A DNA stretch of 64,000 bases from positions 19,783 through 83,782 of the forward strand of contig JAHEYN010000002.1 of the NCBI GenBank assembly GCA_023251555.1, written 5' to 3'. A program made the translations under genes and the position numbers. Within the stretch, counting starts at the first letter, position 1, and each line of letters opens with the position of its first letter. Origin of the DNA: Bacteroidota bacterium (lineage in GTDB: Bacteria > Bacteroidota > Bacteroidia > AKYH767-A > JAHEYN01). The notes beneath the pieces were generated by a model. That model made no database searches, had not been told where the DNA came from, and worked only from the letters and a program-made list of their open reading frames with translations. Positions 30,553 to 40,067 of the stretch are shown here, piece after piece.

Positions 30553-31365
30553 ATGCTGACAAAAGCCAAACAAAGACAACTTTTTAGTTCGCTCAAGGAC
30601 TACAACAGGCAGTTCCTAAAGAAAGCCAACCCCGACCTGGACGAATCCGGGACGCGACTAATGATTAATTCATTTTTGACAGAGGTGTTAGGCTATGCTC
30701 CTATCGAGGAAATCAAAACAGAATACATGATTCGCGGGACTTATGCGGACTACGTTATTCAGTTAAAAGGCGTGCGACACTTTCTCATTGAAGTGAAAGC
30801 ATACGGGATAGATCTTTCCGACAAACATCTGCGACAGGCAATCAATTACGGAGCGAATGAAGGTATAGAATGGGCTTTGCTAACCAACGGTAGACAGTTT
30901 GAATTTTATAAAATACTTTTTGAGAAACCAATCAGCGAAAAAAAAGTTTTCTCTATTGACTTATCCGACAGCGCAAAACTAAAGGAGAGCGTTGAGATGA
31001 TCCAATATATGCACAAAACTTCTATCGTAGACAAAGGACTTGATTTGCTTTGGGCAAAGTGCGTAGCGTTAGACCCCAAGTCAGTTGCTGGTCTTCTCAA
31101 AAACAAACCCGTTCTCAACTTCTTAAAGAAGGCATTGAAAAAAAGGTTCAAGCATAAGTTTTCAGACGATGAAATTTCTCGTTCATTAGACAGAATTATT
31201 TATGAAGCAATCCAACTTGACGACATCAAAGAGGTAACGCTTCGTAAAAAAAGAAAAGGCAGTAACTCTGACATCAGTGATTCTAACGAGCAAACAACTG
31301 AGCAGACAGTAACTTCAATCGGGGTAACACCTGTAACATCGGGCAATAACGGAGCGAAAAATTAA
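30553..31365 (+). CDS. Stand-alone HsdR_N-type PD-(D/E)XK nuclease domain protein
   Basis: E..TR..I..FL..LGY...EY...ADY...IEVK...Q..NY...W..LTNG; no helicase or methylase gene nearby. Confidence 0.78.
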   Translation: MLTKAKQRQLFSSLKDYNRQFLKKANPDLDESGTRLMINSFLTEVLGYAPIEEIKTEYMIRGTYADYVIQLKGVRHFLIEVKAYGIDLSDKHLRQAINYGANEGIEWALLTNGRQFEFYKILFEKPISEKKVFSIDLSDSAKLKESVEMIQYMHKTSIVDKGLDLLWAKCVALDPKSVAGLLKNKPVLNFLKKALKKRFKHKFSDDEISRSLDRIIYEAIQLDDIKEVTLRKKRKGSNSDISDSNEQTTEQTVTSIGVTPVTSGNNGAKN

Positions 31366-31432
31366 AAATTACCGCCACCAGTATTTCTTTTCCATGGCTG
31401 GAGAATAAATTTGAGGAAGAGCTTCCCCCGGG

Positions 31433-34186
31433 TTATTGCTTTACAAAAAGGGAGCGGCCCTCACTTGTTTTCATGATGTACACTCCTGCCGGAAGGGGCT
31501 GTATAAAGACAGTTATGTTATTTTCTCCCTGCGTCATAACAAACTCCCTGCTGATCAGAGTGTTGCCGAGCAGATCTGTGATGCAAATTGTTCCTGGCCG
31601 GGGAGTATTGGCATAGATGGTGCAATGGATCTCTGCATTTGCAGGGTTGGGATAAATACTGATTTGATGACTGGGCGATTGGGTTATTGAGATTGTGTTT
31701 GAGTAAGAGAAGTTCCCGGAGAGGTCAATCTGTTTGAGGCGGTAGTAAGCTTCCCCTCCGGAGGGAGAAAAGTCCGTGAATGAATAATTATGCGGGGTAG
31801 TTGAATTGCCGCCGGCTTTGACTTTCCCAGCAGTTTTAAAACTCCGGCCGTCTGTACTTTTTTCAATTTCAAAATAGTTGCTGTTGATTTCGGCGGATGT
31901 TCGCCATTGGAGAAAATTACCTTCGTTCCCGGCAGTTCCCGTGAATGAAAGCAACTCTATGGGGAGCACCACGACCTGGCACAGCACATTGGTTACAGGG
32001 CTTTGCGGGGAGGCGACGGAGGTGGCGGTATTTGCAGTTGCGCCGGATGAGGAAGAAGTCCCGGAGCTTACAGTCGGGGAGAAGGATGACACAAAGGGTA
32101 CAGCATTTTGCTGATTGCACCCGCTGTTGCCGCTTCCGTCGGATTTAACAAGATAGAAATCATTACTGTTGCTTACCCCGAAGGTCTGGGAGGCTCCGGC
32201 TATAATAAATTCCCCGTCATTTATTTGTTTGGCGTCATAGGCATTTTCATCACCGCTTCCGCCGAATGCGCGGAAGACAAGTATATTCCCCTGGGAATCT
32301 GTTTTCATGAAGTATGCATCGTTCAGTCCGAAGCCATAATATCCGCCTCCGCCCACGATATACCCGCCCTCGCCCGACGGGCAAAGAGAATACCCGTTAT
32401 CCCAGGAGTTTCCTCCATAGGTATTGGACCAGAGGATATTTCCGGCGGCATCGGTGCGGATGAGAAACATATCGCTTGAGCCATACCCGAAACTTTGAGT
32501 GACACCTGTAAGAACAAAACCTCCGTCGGTAGTTTGTACAACGGCATATCCCTGGTCTGAGCCGCCTCCGCCGTAGGTTTTTGTCCAGAGTGATGTGCCC
32601 GTAGAATTGGTTTTTATCAGGTAAATATCATAGTTTCCCGCTCCATAGCTTTGTGTTTCGCCCGTGATAATGTAGCCTCCGTCGGTGGTTTGCTGCACAT
32701 ATCTTCCGATAGTATAGCCCGTGGCTCCGCCAAAAGTTTTGCTCCATTGAACGGTTCCCGAGAAATCAAGTTTAAGCAGATATATGCTTGAGTACGTGGG
32801 AGCTCCGGCTCCATAGCTGCTGGTTTCACCGGCTATAATAAAACCGCCATCAGAGGTTTTCTGAATGCAGTACCCCTTGTCATTTTGAGCTCCCCCGTAG
32901 GCTTTTGACCATTGGGGAGTTCCCGTTGCATCGGTTTTTACAAGATAAACATCTGTAAGGCCTGCCCCGAAACTGTTGGAGTAACCTGTGAGGATAAATC
33001 CTCCGTCGCTGGTTTGCTTTACGGAGTAAGCATAATCATAATTGGATTCCCCGATAGTTTTGGACCACTGGTAATTGCCGATGCTGTCGGTTTTTACCAG
33101 GTAGGCATCGTTATTGCCGGCGCCGAAACTGCCTGTATATCCGGCAACGATGAAACCTTTGTCGGAGGTTTGTTCCACCGCTCTTCCAAAATCTCCCGCA
33201 CTGTTTCCGAAGGCTGACTGGAACGGGGTGAGGACAGCAATGGGCCGGTTGCCTGCCGGTGCTGTTACCGTTGGAGTACGGCTGATCCCTCCGACGATCA
33301 AGGAGGTGCACTGTGCGTCAATAACATTCCCCGTGGTGGCAGCGTTCAGTACATCATAGGTAAGCCAGAAATAATTCTTACAGCCTGCCAGCACCTGTGA
33401 CCCCGTAATGTTGAATGAGGCTCCCGGCGATGCAATCACAGAACCAAAGGAAGTTCCCGTGGAGAAAATTTTAGTGCCTCCCGTATACCAGAGTTTTGCA
33501 TTGGCGATATCGCTGAGGCTGGATGTGCCGGAAGTGGAAAAGGTAAAAGAAGTGACCGTCATGGCTGAAACACTGCCTGGCACATCGATCTCAATACCGA
33601 GAATTTCGTTGTCAGCAGTATTAATGCTTACGGCGGAGAAATTTGATTGAAATGCCTTGCTGCTCTGGTAAACCATTGTTCCGTCCACCAGCCTGTTTCC
33701 TGCGGGGGCGGTATTGATGGGAGCATAGGAAACTCCGGAAACCTGGAGGGAGGTGCATTCAGCATCAATCACATTGCATTTTACAGCGCCGGCGGGCACA
33801 TCATAGGTTACCCAGAAATAATTATTGCCGAGCAGTAGGGGCTCCAGGCCGCTAACGGCGAATGTCCCATTGGGAGCAGCAACGGTAGTGCCGAACTGGT
33901 TTGTGTTGGAGAAAGTATTAGTGTTGCCGGTGGCAAATATTTTAGCATTGGAGATGTCCGTGGCGGGGGCAGAAGAACCGTTGGTGCTCAGTGTAAAACT
34001 CTCAGCATCTTTCGGGCCTCCCCCGCTTGTCATAACAATCACCACCTTGATCATTTGTGCTTCAGTGGTTCCCTGCTGAACAGAGGCTGTTGAAGAGGGA
34101 AGCACATCGCTGTACGAATAAGTAAGGCCAAAAGAAACGGTCCGGCATAATAAGAATGCTGCGATAGTTAAGTTCAATATTTTCAT
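31433..34186 (-). CDS. T9SS type A cargo: two BNR-associated N-terminal-like domains + beta-propeller + LPxEL module + CTD
   Basis: Two DI.NAK...TG...F.....FG...NYFW.TYDV...IDA.CTS units; repeats QT.DGG.I..G...D.YL.KTD..G..QWSK..GG; CTD IYPNPA. Confidence 0.87.
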   Translation of the reverse strand: MKILNLTIAAFLLCRTVSFGLTYSYSDVLPSSTASVQQGTTEAQMIKVVIVMTSGGGPKDAESFTLSTNGSSAPATDISNAKIFATGNTNTFSNTNQFGTTVAAPNGTFAVSGLEPLLLGNNYFWVTYDVPAGAVKCNVIDAECTSLQVSGVSYAPINTAPAGNRLVDGTMVYQSSKAFQSNFSAVSINTADNEILGIEIDVPGSVSAMTVTSFTFSTSGTSSLSDIANAKLWYTGGTKIFSTGTSFGSVIASPGASFNITGSQVLAGCKNYFWLTYDVLNAATTGNVIDAQCTSLIVGGISRTPTVTAPAGNRPIAVLTPFQSAFGNSAGDFGRAVEQTSDKGFIVAGYTGSFGAGNNDAYLVKTDSIGNYQWSKTIGESNYDYAYSVKQTSDGGFILTGYSNSFGAGLTDVYLVKTDATGTPQWSKAYGGAQNDKGYCIQKTSDGGFIIAGETSSYGAGAPTYSSIYLLKLDFSGTVQWSKTFGGATGYTIGRYVQQTTDGGYIITGETQSYGAGNYDIYLIKTNSTGTSLWTKTYGGGGSDQGYAVVQTTDGGFVLTGVTQSFGYGSSDMFLIRTDAAGNILWSNTYGGNSWDNGYSLCPSGEGGYIVGGGGYYGFGLNDAYFMKTDSQGNILVFRAFGGSGDENAYDAKQINDGEFIIAGASQTFGVSNSNDFYLVKSDGSGNSGCNQQNAVPFVSSFSPTVSSGTSSSSGATANTATSVASPQSPVTNVLCQVVVLPIELLSFTGTAGNEGNFLQWRTSAEINSNYFEIEKSTDGRSFKTAGKVKAGGNSTTPHNYSFTDFSPSGGEAYYRLKQIDLSGNFSYSNTISITQSPSHQISIYPNPANAEIHCTIYANTPRPGTICITDLLGNTLISREFVMTQGENNITVFIQPLPAGVYIMKTSEGRSLFVKQ

Positions 34187-34373
34187 GCCTGTGTAAGTTA
34201 GTGATAAAAATTACAGACAATAATAACAGGATCCGTCATGAAAACCAAAACACAATATAGTTAAAAACATATTTCTGATAATATATATTTAATATATAAA
34301 ATGCGTTATATTTATTAAAAAAGAAGATTAAATTTACATTATAAATATTATATACGTATTTCAAAATTTACAA

Positions 34374-35939
34374 ATGAATAAAAATGAACACCTTTTTCAC
34401 CTCATAAAATCCCTGTCTCCCTCAGAGAAAAGATACTTTAAGCTATTATCAGGATTCCACCGGGGGAGCAGGAAGAGCAATTACCTCCGCTTATTCAATC
34501 TTATTGACCGCCAGGAAAAATATGATGAACGTGAACTGCTAAAAATGTTCAGGAGGGACAAACGTGCAGCCCGTTTCTCCGATGTCAAGCAGCACCTCTG
34601 CTCTCTCATTCTCCGCAGCCTCCGCCTGTTTCATGCTGATTCAACTGTCAATGCCAGACTGGGGAACATGATACAGGAGGCAGAAATACTTTATAACAGA
34701 TCATTGTTAAGGCATTGCATGAAGATATTGTCTTCCGCAAAGAAACTTGCAATTGCTTTTGAGAAGTTCCTTCCGCTGATGGAGATTATAGCCATGGAGG
34801 AAGATGTTGCGAGGAGCATGCCGGATATAAGACGTATCAGGAAATACCTTGACGAAGGGTTTGCCGGAGAGATGAAGATATGGGAGAAATACAGATTCGT
34901 TCGCCGCCTGAGGGAAAAGAGCACCCGCATGTTTACGGATTTATCGAGCGAGGGGATTTTTCCTGCGGAGAAAAATGGAGCGGGGCATGCTGCAGTTTCT
35001 CTTTCGTTTAACAGGAAGCAGGTTCAATCAATGCCTTTTGAGGCAAGACTTTCCTATTATTATATATGTGGCACCCGGGCGGTAGCCGGGGGCGATATGA
35101 AAGCTGCATATCAATATCTTTCAGAACAGGTACGCCTGTGGGAGCAGCATCCCGGGCAAATCCGCGAAAGACCTAAACGTTACATCTCATCATTAAATAA
35201 CTTCCTGAATGTATGTATGGAGGGGCATCACTACGTGCCAGTCCCGGGGCTTCTTCAAAAACTCAGGGCGCTGCCCGTGAAAGAAACTGATACAAGGGTC
35301 AGGATTTTTGAGCGTTCCTATAACCTGGAGATGCAGATGTACTGTCAGCTTGGGGAGTTCAGGCAGGGGATATCCCTGCTCCCTGAAATTGAGCGGGGGC
35401 TGGAGGCATATAAAGGAAAAATCAACAAAGCCAAAGAGGTGATTTTTTATTTTCAGGCTGCCGGATTGTTTTTTGGTGCGGGAGATTACAGGCGAGCCCT
35501 GCAATGGAATAACAGGGTGCTGAATAACGAGGACAAGGATATAAGGCAGGATATAAAAAGTTGTGCCAGAGTGCTTGAACTGCTCATTCATTATGAGCTG
35601 GGGAATGATGCCCTTGTAGAATCAAGGTTGAAATCGGAATTCCGCTATCTGGAGAAAAGAAAGCAACACTTTGCATTCGAAAAAATAATAACGGCCTTTT
35701 TGCATAAGAGCATGTCATACGGGGTAAAAGAACAGGGCAGGGTGGCATTAATGCAGAAAGCAAAACAAAAATTATTGAAACTTTCGCATGAGGCAGGGGA
35801 GAAGCATGCTATGGAAAATTTCGATTTTATTTCCTGGCTGGAAAGCAGGATTGAGAAAAAAACATTTACAGAGATTGTCAGGCGCAAGGCAATAGCCAGA
35901 AATTTGTATATCTCAAATCTATTTGTATCTTTATATTGA
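34374..35939 (+). CDS. Uncharacterised helical/TPR-like protein, paralog R2
   Basis: LFHLIKSLSPSEKRYFKL...YLRLF...LILRSLR, IHYELGN, FDFISWLESRI; no signal peptide. Confidence 0.75.
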   Translation: MNKNEHLFHLIKSLSPSEKRYFKLLSGFHRGSRKSNYLRLFNLIDRQEKYDERELLKMFRRDKRAARFSDVKQHLCSLILRSLRLFHADSTVNARLGNMIQEAEILYNRSLLRHCMKILSSAKKLAIAFEKFLPLMEIIAMEEDVARSMPDIRRIRKYLDEGFAGEMKIWEKYRFVRRLREKSTRMFTDLSSEGIFPAEKNGAGHAAVSLSFNRKQVQSMPFEARLSYYYICGTRAVAGGDMKAAYQYLSEQVRLWEQHPGQIRERPKRYISSLNNFLNVCMEGHHYVPVPGLLQKLRALPVKETDTRVRIFERSYNLEMQMYCQLGEFRQGISLLPEIERGLEAYKGKINKAKEVIFYFQAAGLFFGAGDYRRALQWNNRVLNNEDKDIRQDIKSCARVLELLIHYELGNDALVESRLKSEFRYLEKRKQHFAFEKIITAFLHKSMSYGVKEQGRVALMQKAKQKLLKLSHEAGEKHAMENFDFISWLESRIEKKTFTEIVRRKAIARNLYISNLFVSLY

Positions 35940-35988
35940 TTTAGCATGTAAACGAATTACCCCCAAGGATGTAAATTATTAAGACAAT

Positions 35989-38900
35989 ATGGGAAATTCC
36001 GTTACTCTGTTTATAAGATTAAAATCATTTTGCTGTTTTTTTGTTTCAGAAATAAAACGAGAAACTGTATTCAGGACATTCGCTAAGGCAACTGCCTTCC
36101 TGTTATGCCTGGTGTTACTTACTTTATCAGGTGTTCAGAAGGCAAAGGCTGCATTTACAGTTACACCTGCTTCGGTTACACTTATCACAAAAGCTGCCTG
36201 GAAAGCAACAGGTAATATTGTTTTCACTGAAGGGGCTGCAAATGACTTTGCCCAGAATGTTTCCGGTACTCTTACCTTAACAATACCAACCGGGTTTATT
36301 TTTAACACTGCCGGGATTGGTGTTACATTTTCAGGGCCTAACATTTCTGCAGCTTCATTCGGTTCTGCGACTTCAACGCAAATCATAATAAATGTTACAA
36401 CAAACAATGCTGCACAGGCACTTACCGACATACTGACCGTTACGGGGGTGCAGGTAGAGGCATCCGCATATTCTCCTATTGCAACGACAGCCAATATTAC
36501 ATATGCCTTTACAACCGTATCGGCGTTATCGGGGAATGCAGCTTCTTTATCCCAGAAAGTTCCTACTATCGGGGCGCCGACAATTACAGGTACGGTTTTT
36601 TTCCAGGGGCAATCTATAACCATTTCTACATTTACTGTTACCACCAGCACCGATTTTGATCCCACAAATGTCTTTACCGCGGAACTGTCGGATGCGGCTG
36701 GTTCATTTGCATCGCCGGCTGTTGTGGGTACGAGGGCAGCAACAACCGGGGGAGCAGTTTCCCCGGCTGTTATTCCTGCAGGAACTCCTCTTGGGGGGCC
36801 GGGGTACAGGATCAGGATAGTCAGTTCGCTCCCGGTTATTACAGGAACCCAGAATGTATCAGCCTTGTCAGTGGTTACTCCCGCCATAACAACCGGTGCT
36901 GTGGCTACCTCCTTTTGCCAGGGCAGTTCCGTAAGTGTTCCTTATACGATAAACACTTCATCATTCAGTGCGGGGAATATTTTTACAGCAGAATTATCAG
37001 ATTTAGGAGGTGCAACCTGGAGCGGGAATTACATCGGGACACTTGCATCCACAGCCAGCGGAACCGTTACTGCAACTATTCCTTCCGGAACACCTACAGG
37101 GACTTACCGCATCCGTGTACTCAGTTCGGCGCCCGCGGTAACAGGAGCTGCAAACTCAAGCGGAAATCTTACGCTGAATGTCCCGTCAATAACAACCGGG
37201 GTCGTTACAGCAACTTTTTGCGAAGGTGTTACACTGAGTGTTCCGTATACTGTTTGCGGAGGATGGACAGGCGGAAATATTTTTACTGCGCAGATCTCTG
37301 ACAATACCGGCTCTTATGCATCTCCCGTAAACATAGGGACACTTGCATCAACAAGCAGCGGAACTGTTACTGCAACTATCCCCGTGGGGACCTTACCAAC
37401 AGGATCGGGATACAGGATCAGGGTCATCAGCTCAACCCCTGCCGTAACCGGTTCCGATAACTCAAACGGAAGTCTTACGCTTAATCCTATTATAATAACT
37501 ACAGGCACCGTATCTACTCCTTTTTGCCAGGGAGCTGCGGTGAGCGTTCCATATACTGTTTGTGGTGGATGGATTGGCGGGAATATTTTTACTGCACAGT
37601 TGTCCGATAATACAGGATCATTTGCTGCTCCCGTAAACATAGGAACGCTTGCCTCAACAACAAGCGGTACAATAGCTGCAACTATTCCCGGCGGAACAGC
37701 CGCCGGATCCGCTTATAAAATAAGAGTGGTCAGTTCAACACCAGTGGTAACCGGCTCTGATAATTCCAACGGGAGCCTTATCTGTGTTGTCAGCGGAGGC
37801 ATATCAACGGGTACGGTAAATGCTTCACTTTGTGTGGGATGTGTAACTGATGTTCCATATTATGTCTGCGGGGTATGGACAGCGGGCAATATTTTTACTG
37901 CACAGTTGTCGGATAATACAGGCTCATTTGCAGCCCCGGTAAATGTAGGTACGCTCTTGTCAACCACATCCGGGACCATTTCTGCGACCATCCCTGCAGG
38001 GACATCGCCCCTGGGTTCAGGATACAGGATCAGGGTCATCAGCTCAACGCCTGCTGTAACAGGCACTGCGAATTCCAATGGTGTTATTTCAATGATGACT
38101 CCGCCAACAATCACTTCATTTGCCCCTGCTTCGGGGCCGGTCGGAACAACTGTTACAATTACAGGGACCAATTTTAATACAACGCCATCCAATAACATAG
38201 TATACTTCGGGGCTACCCAGGGAACGGTTACCGGCGGAGTTGGTTCAACCCAGCTGACTGTTACCGTTCCATACGGGGCTAACTATCAGTATATTTCAGT
38301 TACCAATAATGCAAATAGCCTTACCGCAAACAGCTCATCTCCGTTTGTTGTAACTTTTACATGCTCGTCCGGCACCTTTGCTGCGGGGCCTGCTCCCACA
38401 ACGGGGAACAGTCCGGCTTTCCCTGCCATCGGTGATTTTGACGGAGATGGCAAGGCCGATCTGGCAGTGACAGACCAGAATTCGCCATACAATATTTCGG
38501 TGTTCTTAAACACCAGCCCGGCACAGGGGACAATCTCTTTTGCGGCCAAAGCTGATTTTGCAGCCGCAAATTTCCCATGGGGAATTGCTACAGGTGACCT
38601 GGACGGGGACGGGAAACTTGATATAATAACGGCAAGTAACGGAGGTGCGGGTCCGTGCTCGGTTTTCAGGAATCTGAGTTCGGGGGTTGGAAATATTAAT
38701 TTCTCCAGGGTATTGGATCTTACTATCGCACAAAATAATGCCGTTGCTGTGGGAGATCTTGACGGAGATGGATTGCTTGACATTGCGGCTACAAACATGA
38801 CAGGTACTACTCTTTATGTGTTCAGGAATAAGAGTACCCCTGGAAATATGGCCTTCGCGGCATCCCAGACTTATGCCACCGGTGCCAACCCGTGGGGGGT

Positions 38901-40059
38901 TACCATTGGCGATATGGATGGAGATAAAAAACCGGAAATAGTAGTTGCCAATAAGGCCGGTAATACTATTTCAGTTTTCCAGAATGCCAGCACCTGCGGC
39001 ATCATAAATGCCAGCAGTTTTGTGGCTCAGGGGCCCTTTGTTACCGGGAATGGCCCCGAATGCGTTGCATTGGGCGATATTGACAATGACGGCCGTTCTG
39101 ATATTGTGGTGACAGATAACACTTCCAATCCGACCAATACTTTTTCAGTGCTGAGAAATAGCAGTACGGGACCCGGAGTATTCACGTTTGACCCCAAAGT
39201 TGATGTTACAATTGCTACCGGCGGCCTGTATCTTCCTTTTGGAATTGCTGTAGGCGATCTGAGCGGCGACGGGTTGCCTGACGTTGAAGCCGTCTGCCAG
39301 GTTACAAACACAGCCTATACGTTTACCAATAGCAGCGTATCTCCCACTATTACCCTCACTTTAACCACCACCAATGCAACAGGGACTGCGCCGTACGGAA
39401 TTGCGCTGGGCGATTTTGACAATGATGCCGGGCTTGACATAGCCGCTTCGTGTTATAATGTTAATTCCATTTCTACATTTCATAATTCCTGCGTGGTGCT
39501 TCCTTTAACACTTCTTTCATTCACTGCCAGTGCGGATAATAATACAGTGCAATGCCTTTGGAGTACCGCTTCAGAAACGAACAATGATTATTTTTCCGTT
39601 GAGAAAAGTTTTGACGGGAATAAATTTGAAGTTATCGGGAAAGTGAAAGGATCAGGCAATTCTACCGTTGAGAGAGATTATATATACACGGACAGGTATC
39701 CCTACCGGGGAATCAATTACTACCGCCTTAAGCAGGTTGATTATAACGGAAGTTTTTCCTATTCAAAAATTGTTTCTGTAATAAATTCAGGCGGGGCAGA
39801 GGGAATGAATATTTATCCCAATCCTCCGTCTGCGGGACAAAATATTCATTTGAATCTCGCGAGTTCATCCGGGAAAAAGATCTTGGTGGTCATATATGAT
39901 TTTACAGGGAGGACAATTTTTTCAAAAGTTATACTGCAGTCGGACAGCGGCGACTTCATAATAGCTACCGATCCTGAGGATAAATTATCCCCCGGGGTTT
40001 ATTTTATTACGGCAACATCCGATGATCAGCTCTATAACAGGAAACTGGTTATAAAGTAA
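35989..40059 (+). CDS. T9SS type A cargo: five ~100-aa Ig-like repeats + IPT/TIG + FG-GAP/VCBS propeller + LPxEL module + CTD
   Basis: N.FTA.LSD..G....GT...IP.GT....Y.IR..SS.P x5; PTITSF.P.SGPVGTTVTITGTNF; GD(F/L)DGDG..D repeats; CTD IYPNP...KLVIK. Confidence 0.88.
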   Translation: MGNSVTLFIRLKSFCCFFVSEIKRETVFRTFAKATAFLLCLVLLTLSGVQKAKAAFTVTPASVTLITKAAWKATGNIVFTEGAANDFAQNVSGTLTLTIPTGFIFNTAGIGVTFSGPNISAASFGSATSTQIIINVTTNNAAQALTDILTVTGVQVEASAYSPIATTANITYAFTTVSALSGNAASLSQKVPTIGAPTITGTVFFQGQSITISTFTVTTSTDFDPTNVFTAELSDAAGSFASPAVVGTRAATTGGAVSPAVIPAGTPLGGPGYRIRIVSSLPVITGTQNVSALSVVTPAITTGAVATSFCQGSSVSVPYTINTSSFSAGNIFTAELSDLGGATWSGNYIGTLASTASGTVTATIPSGTPTGTYRIRVLSSAPAVTGAANSSGNLTLNVPSITTGVVTATFCEGVTLSVPYTVCGGWTGGNIFTAQISDNTGSYASPVNIGTLASTSSGTVTATIPVGTLPTGSGYRIRVISSTPAVTGSDNSNGSLTLNPIIITTGTVSTPFCQGAAVSVPYTVCGGWIGGNIFTAQLSDNTGSFAAPVNIGTLASTTSGTIAATIPGGTAAGSAYKIRVVSSTPVVTGSDNSNGSLICVVSGGISTGTVNASLCVGCVTDVPYYVCGVWTAGNIFTAQLSDNTGSFAAPVNVGTLLSTTSGTISATIPAGTSPLGSGYRIRVISSTPAVTGTANSNGVISMMTPPTITSFAPASGPVGTTVTITGTNFNTTPSNNIVYFGATQGTVTGGVGSTQLTVTVPYGANYQYISVTNNANSLTANSSSPFVVTFTCSSGTFAAGPAPTTGNSPAFPAIGDFDGDGKADLAVTDQNSPYNISVFLNTSPAQGTISFAAKADFAAANFPWGIATGDLDGDGKLDIITASNGGAGPCSVFRNLSSGVGNINFSRVLDLTIAQNNAVAVGDLDGDGLLDIAATNMTGTTLYVFRNKSTPGNMAFAASQTYATGANPWGVTIGDMDGDKKPEIVVANKAGNTISVFQNASTCGIINASSFVAQGPFVTGNGPECVALGDIDNDGRSDIVVTDNTSNPTNTFSVLRNSSTGPGVFTFDPKVDVTIATGGLYLPFGIAVGDLSGDGLPDVEAVCQVTNTAYTFTNSSVSPTITLTLTTTNATGTAPYGIALGDFDNDAGLDIAASCYNVNSISTFHNSCVVLPLTLLSFTASADNNTVQCLWSTASETNNDYFSVEKSFDGNKFEVIGKVKGSGNSTVERDYIYTDRYPYRGINYYRLKQVDYNGSFSYSKIVSVINSGGAEGMNIYPNPPSAGQNIHLNLASSSGKKILVVIYDFTGRTIFSKVILQSDSGDFIIATDPEDKLSPGVYFITATSDDQLYNRKLVIK
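36565..38095 (+). repeat. Five tandem ~300-309 bp coding repeats
   Basis: Anchor AAT(A/G)T(T/C)TTTAC at 36667, 36976, 37276, 37582 and 37888 (spacings 309, 300, 306, 306). Confidence 0.85.
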
Positions 40060-40067
40060 GTCCTTCA

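Noticed and set aside
36135-39311. Long antisense ORFs within cargo genes (also 18954-19640, 62292-62897 and others)
   Set aside because: Shadow frames of Thr/Gly/Ser-rich repetitive coding sequence.
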